Shown here: in pieces, positions 60,931 through 64,000 of the stretch | Numbering within the stretch: the stretch's first letter is position 1 | How the letters are laid out: every line of letters starts with the position of its first letter | Assembly (NCBI RefSeq): GCF_009914755.1 | Contig: NC_060937.1 | DNA from: the human T2T-CHM13v2.0 reference genome, Homo sapiens | DNA: 64,000 nucleotides | Direction: 5' to 3' (one strand) | Translations under genes and position numbers: made by a program | Notes under the pieces: generated by a model | What the model was told of the DNA's origin: nothing | Seen by the model: the letters and a program-made list of their open reading frames with translations, nothing else | The model's database searches: none

Positions 60931-62044
60931 ACTATATGGACTTTGAGCACTATTATTTGTATATACTTGAATCAATCTCTATAAGGTAAAATATAGCTGG
61001 GTTAACAGCCTGTCTTTCATATGCCTACAGTTGTGGAGTTAGTACCCAGTACTTTTGATTGTAATGTTAAGCTTCTAACTACTGCTTACTTTGATTAATG
61101 TAGTTTCTATATGTATGTTCTTTTAGGTTTCTTTAATACTGACTATTATCTGTTTGACGTAGATATGCGTATGTAGAAATACATAGATATGCATGGTAGA
61201 CCATGTCAGGTTCTAAAGGTTTCATCAGAAATGACTATGAACCATACCAACATGTCATTTCACAAGCACCAATAACCACAACTCTATCAGTCCTTGAATA
61301 TGCTTATCTAAATTGATATTTACTATCAAATAGTGTAGGTAATTAATATATGACTAGGAACTAAAATGCTTCCAACTTTGAGGGAAATATCAAAATGTAA
61401 GCCATGTGAACTCTTCCTACCTTCCTTTTCCTTAAAATTTCCATGCCTCACTAACAAATTTCAAATAATGTCTTAACTGTTCATGACTTATATATTAACA
61501 ACATTTACATAAATGTTCTCCCATTTATTTGAGACCTGATCATCGTTTTCAGCACTGATGTTTCAGAAGAAATTAAGTTAAAGTTTTTTGCCTATCAGTG
61601 GTGGCTATAAGTTACAGTCAAGCCAATTATATTTCTAATTTGGGAAACCATAACTAAGGCATGTCATGAAAAAATAGTTAACTTTATTAAGAGGTATGAG
61701 ATTGACAAATGAGAACTTTCCAGAGAGAATATTCTTACAACCATGAATAAAAATATACTTGATATAAGAAAAATTTGGTTCAGATAGATATAGCTATGTC
61801 TAAATATATATAGATATATCTGTATATAGTGGTGTTATAATTAGTAGTCACAGTTAAGATAGAAATAAAAACTAAAGTAGATAAATGCTGAAGGGCCACA
61901 AACTGCTGAGTATGAACAAAGGAATAAAAACTAGAAAATAAAAGTCTCAAATACCAACCTAGTTTCAGAATACATATTTAGGGAGAAGAAGGGATTGTAT
62001 CTAAGTTCTTTTTTTTAAATATTCAAATGTTTTATTTTTTTAAG

Positions 62045-62103
62045 AAAAAGATGAAGAAACTAAAGCATTTGAAGCACTTCTTTCCAACATTGTCAAACCA
62101 GTG
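62045..62103 (+). CDS. FNDC3A: FNDC3A internal coding exon (59 nt, phase 1 to 0): (E)KDEETKAFEALLSNIVKPV, just before the first FN3 domain
   Basis: tttttttaag|AA ... GTG|gtaagt. Continues the frame of the previous exon. Confidence 0.94.
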
Positions 62104-63352
62104 GTAAGTATCTTATGTATTTTATTGATGTTTATATTTAATATATTAGCATAAGATGTTCATCCATCAAAATGTAGTTTTTTTCTTTTAACTTTTTATG
62201 AAAATAGGATCATACTGTATTCTGTGACAAGCTTTTTCACTCACTATGGTATGCTTTAGCTATCTTTCTATGTCATTACCTGATTCTTTGAAGAGCTACA
62301 TAGTTTTGTCATTCATTCATCAAATATTTATTGATCCCTTACTATATGCCAATAAATAAAAAACAAATGCACAAACAGAATTCTGTGTGATAGTAAAGAT
62401 TGCTATTATAGAAATAGGAATGATATGATGAGATTAATAGGAGAGGTTGTTAGGTTAAATAGAGCAATCAGGGAAGCTTTCTCTGACAAGTGAGAAAAAG
62501 TGCAAAAGTGGAAGGAATGGGAGAGGGAGAACAGGTGTAAGTAAGCATGGGGAGTTGGACAGAGGGAAAGAACCATTATCACTGGAGTATAGTGAAGGGG
62601 AGAAAGATGTGGTGGAAGAAGTAGGCCATAGGACTTTTTCAGCCAGAATAAGGCAATTTAAGATTGATAAGAATATTTTTTGGTTCATAAAACAAACTAC
62701 TCTTTCCCAACTCTCAGAAACATCCATGGTAAAATGTTTTATACTAAGTTGCCCCAAAAATACTTTGTTTTTCTGAGAAAACAGATTAGAAAAGTTATTA
62801 TTCTTAGTACCATCTCCATAAAGGCTTTTTAAGCTTATCTTGCCATGTTTTAGGATGTTTGAGTAAGCCAGTTCCTCATCTAATAGACTAATATGGTCCT
62901 ACTTTTTCTGACAACTCCCAAATAATAGATTTGGTTGCTCTAGCTTTCTTTATTCTAATCTGTTTTCTCTTGAGAATAGAGCATATATGTGTAAATAAAT
63001 GTAAATTTACACAATTATTTCATAGTAATGGTTAACACAAATTGATTAGCATCAGTCTCTGTTCAGAGTGCTTGGAATGCACATGTGCATTATTTAATAC
63101 CTGTGACAACCATATATGTACTATTTTCCCTGCTTTACAAATGAGGAAACTGAAGCAACAGTGAGTTTCAATTAGTAGTAGTAGAGCTATGACTGAAATT
63201 TAGGCAGTATCCTTCCAAGACCCCAAGTGTATATCACTAGGTTTACTAGAAAAAGAATTTAGTAGGCTTAATAAGATTGATGTTTGAGTGATTTAATAGC
63301 TAATGCTAGTAGCATTTACTTGTTGTAGTATATATTAAAAGTATAATTTTCA

Positions 63353-63648
63353 GGCCAGGTGCAGTGGCTCACACTTTCCCAGTCCTTTGGAAAACCAAGA
63401 CAAGAAGATCACTTGAGGCCAGGAGTTTGAGACCAGCCTGAGTAATATATTGAGACCTCGTCTCTACAAAAAACAAATACAGATACTACAGACCAAGGGG
63501 GCACACACCTGTAGTCCCAGATACTTGGGATGCTGAGGTGGGAGGATCCCTTGAGCCTAGGAGTTCAATGCTGCAGTGAACTAAGATTGTGCCTTTTCAC
63601 TCCAGCCTGGGTGACAGAGCAAGAACCTGTCTCATAAATAAATAAATA
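63353..63648 (+). mobile_element. Alu (AluJ-like)
   Basis: Diverged dimer with a (TAAA)n tail; TSD approximately tataattt. Confidence 0.88.
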
Positions 63649-64000
63649 TATATATAATTTACAGACAGGAAAAGTAAATCTTAAAGCCAATTCAAAGACT
63701 TTCTTACTCAACATTAGGAAGAACATGTAGTTTAATAAGATAGTGAGCCCTGTATCATAAAGTAATGCTGATGGTTTTATTTGCTTTGTTTTAGTTTATA
63801 GTTTGAATGCCGATTCCTCTTTGATTAAATTAATTGTGAGCTACAAAGTGCAGGTCAGGGTTTTTGCTTGCTTGTTTTTGTGTGTGTGGTTGTTTTTGCA
63901 TGCTCTAGTTCATTTAGAGCACTAAATTAAATGTGTTCATTCACTTTTTCATTCCATAAATATTTTACCGCTTACAAAGTGACAGATGTTGTGCTAAAGC

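Overview
Primate (very probably human) genomic DNA, AT-rich and repeat-dense, lying entirely inside the + strand gene FNDC3A (fibronectin type III domain containing 3A). Four internal coding exons (37951-38027, 54434-54671, 59630-59899, 62045-62103) have canonical AG/GT ends and compatible phases. They splice into the proline-rich N-terminal region GPAQVPMMSPNG...VIEDNGVRRVVVVPQ...DAHSTHGRSNF...EKDEETKAFEALLSNIVKPV. A CpG-retaining intronic segment at ~33480-33820 looks like an internal promoter with an alternative first exon ending ATG AGT G|gtaag, giving an MSG-PAQVP short isoform. It carries two tandem GTCACGTGA (CLEAR/E-box) motifs. The rest is intron: a near full-length, sense-oriented dead L1PA element (41477-47794), about 18 Alus, a HERV-L/MLT2 remnant, an MLT1 LTR, MER2/MER20 DNA transposon relics, L2/MIR/CR1 fragments, a Y3 RNA retropseudogene and a ~400 bp polypyrimidine tract. 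Most ORFs in the supplied track are Alu/L1/ERV-derived or random. I see no evidence for a wholly new multi-gene system. The best leads are the tandem-CLEAR internal promoter with a possible hybrid first/internal exon, and an Alu-bracketed 567-nt exon block that would form a stop-free circular ORF. Repeat subfamily calls and boundaries are by eye and approximate.
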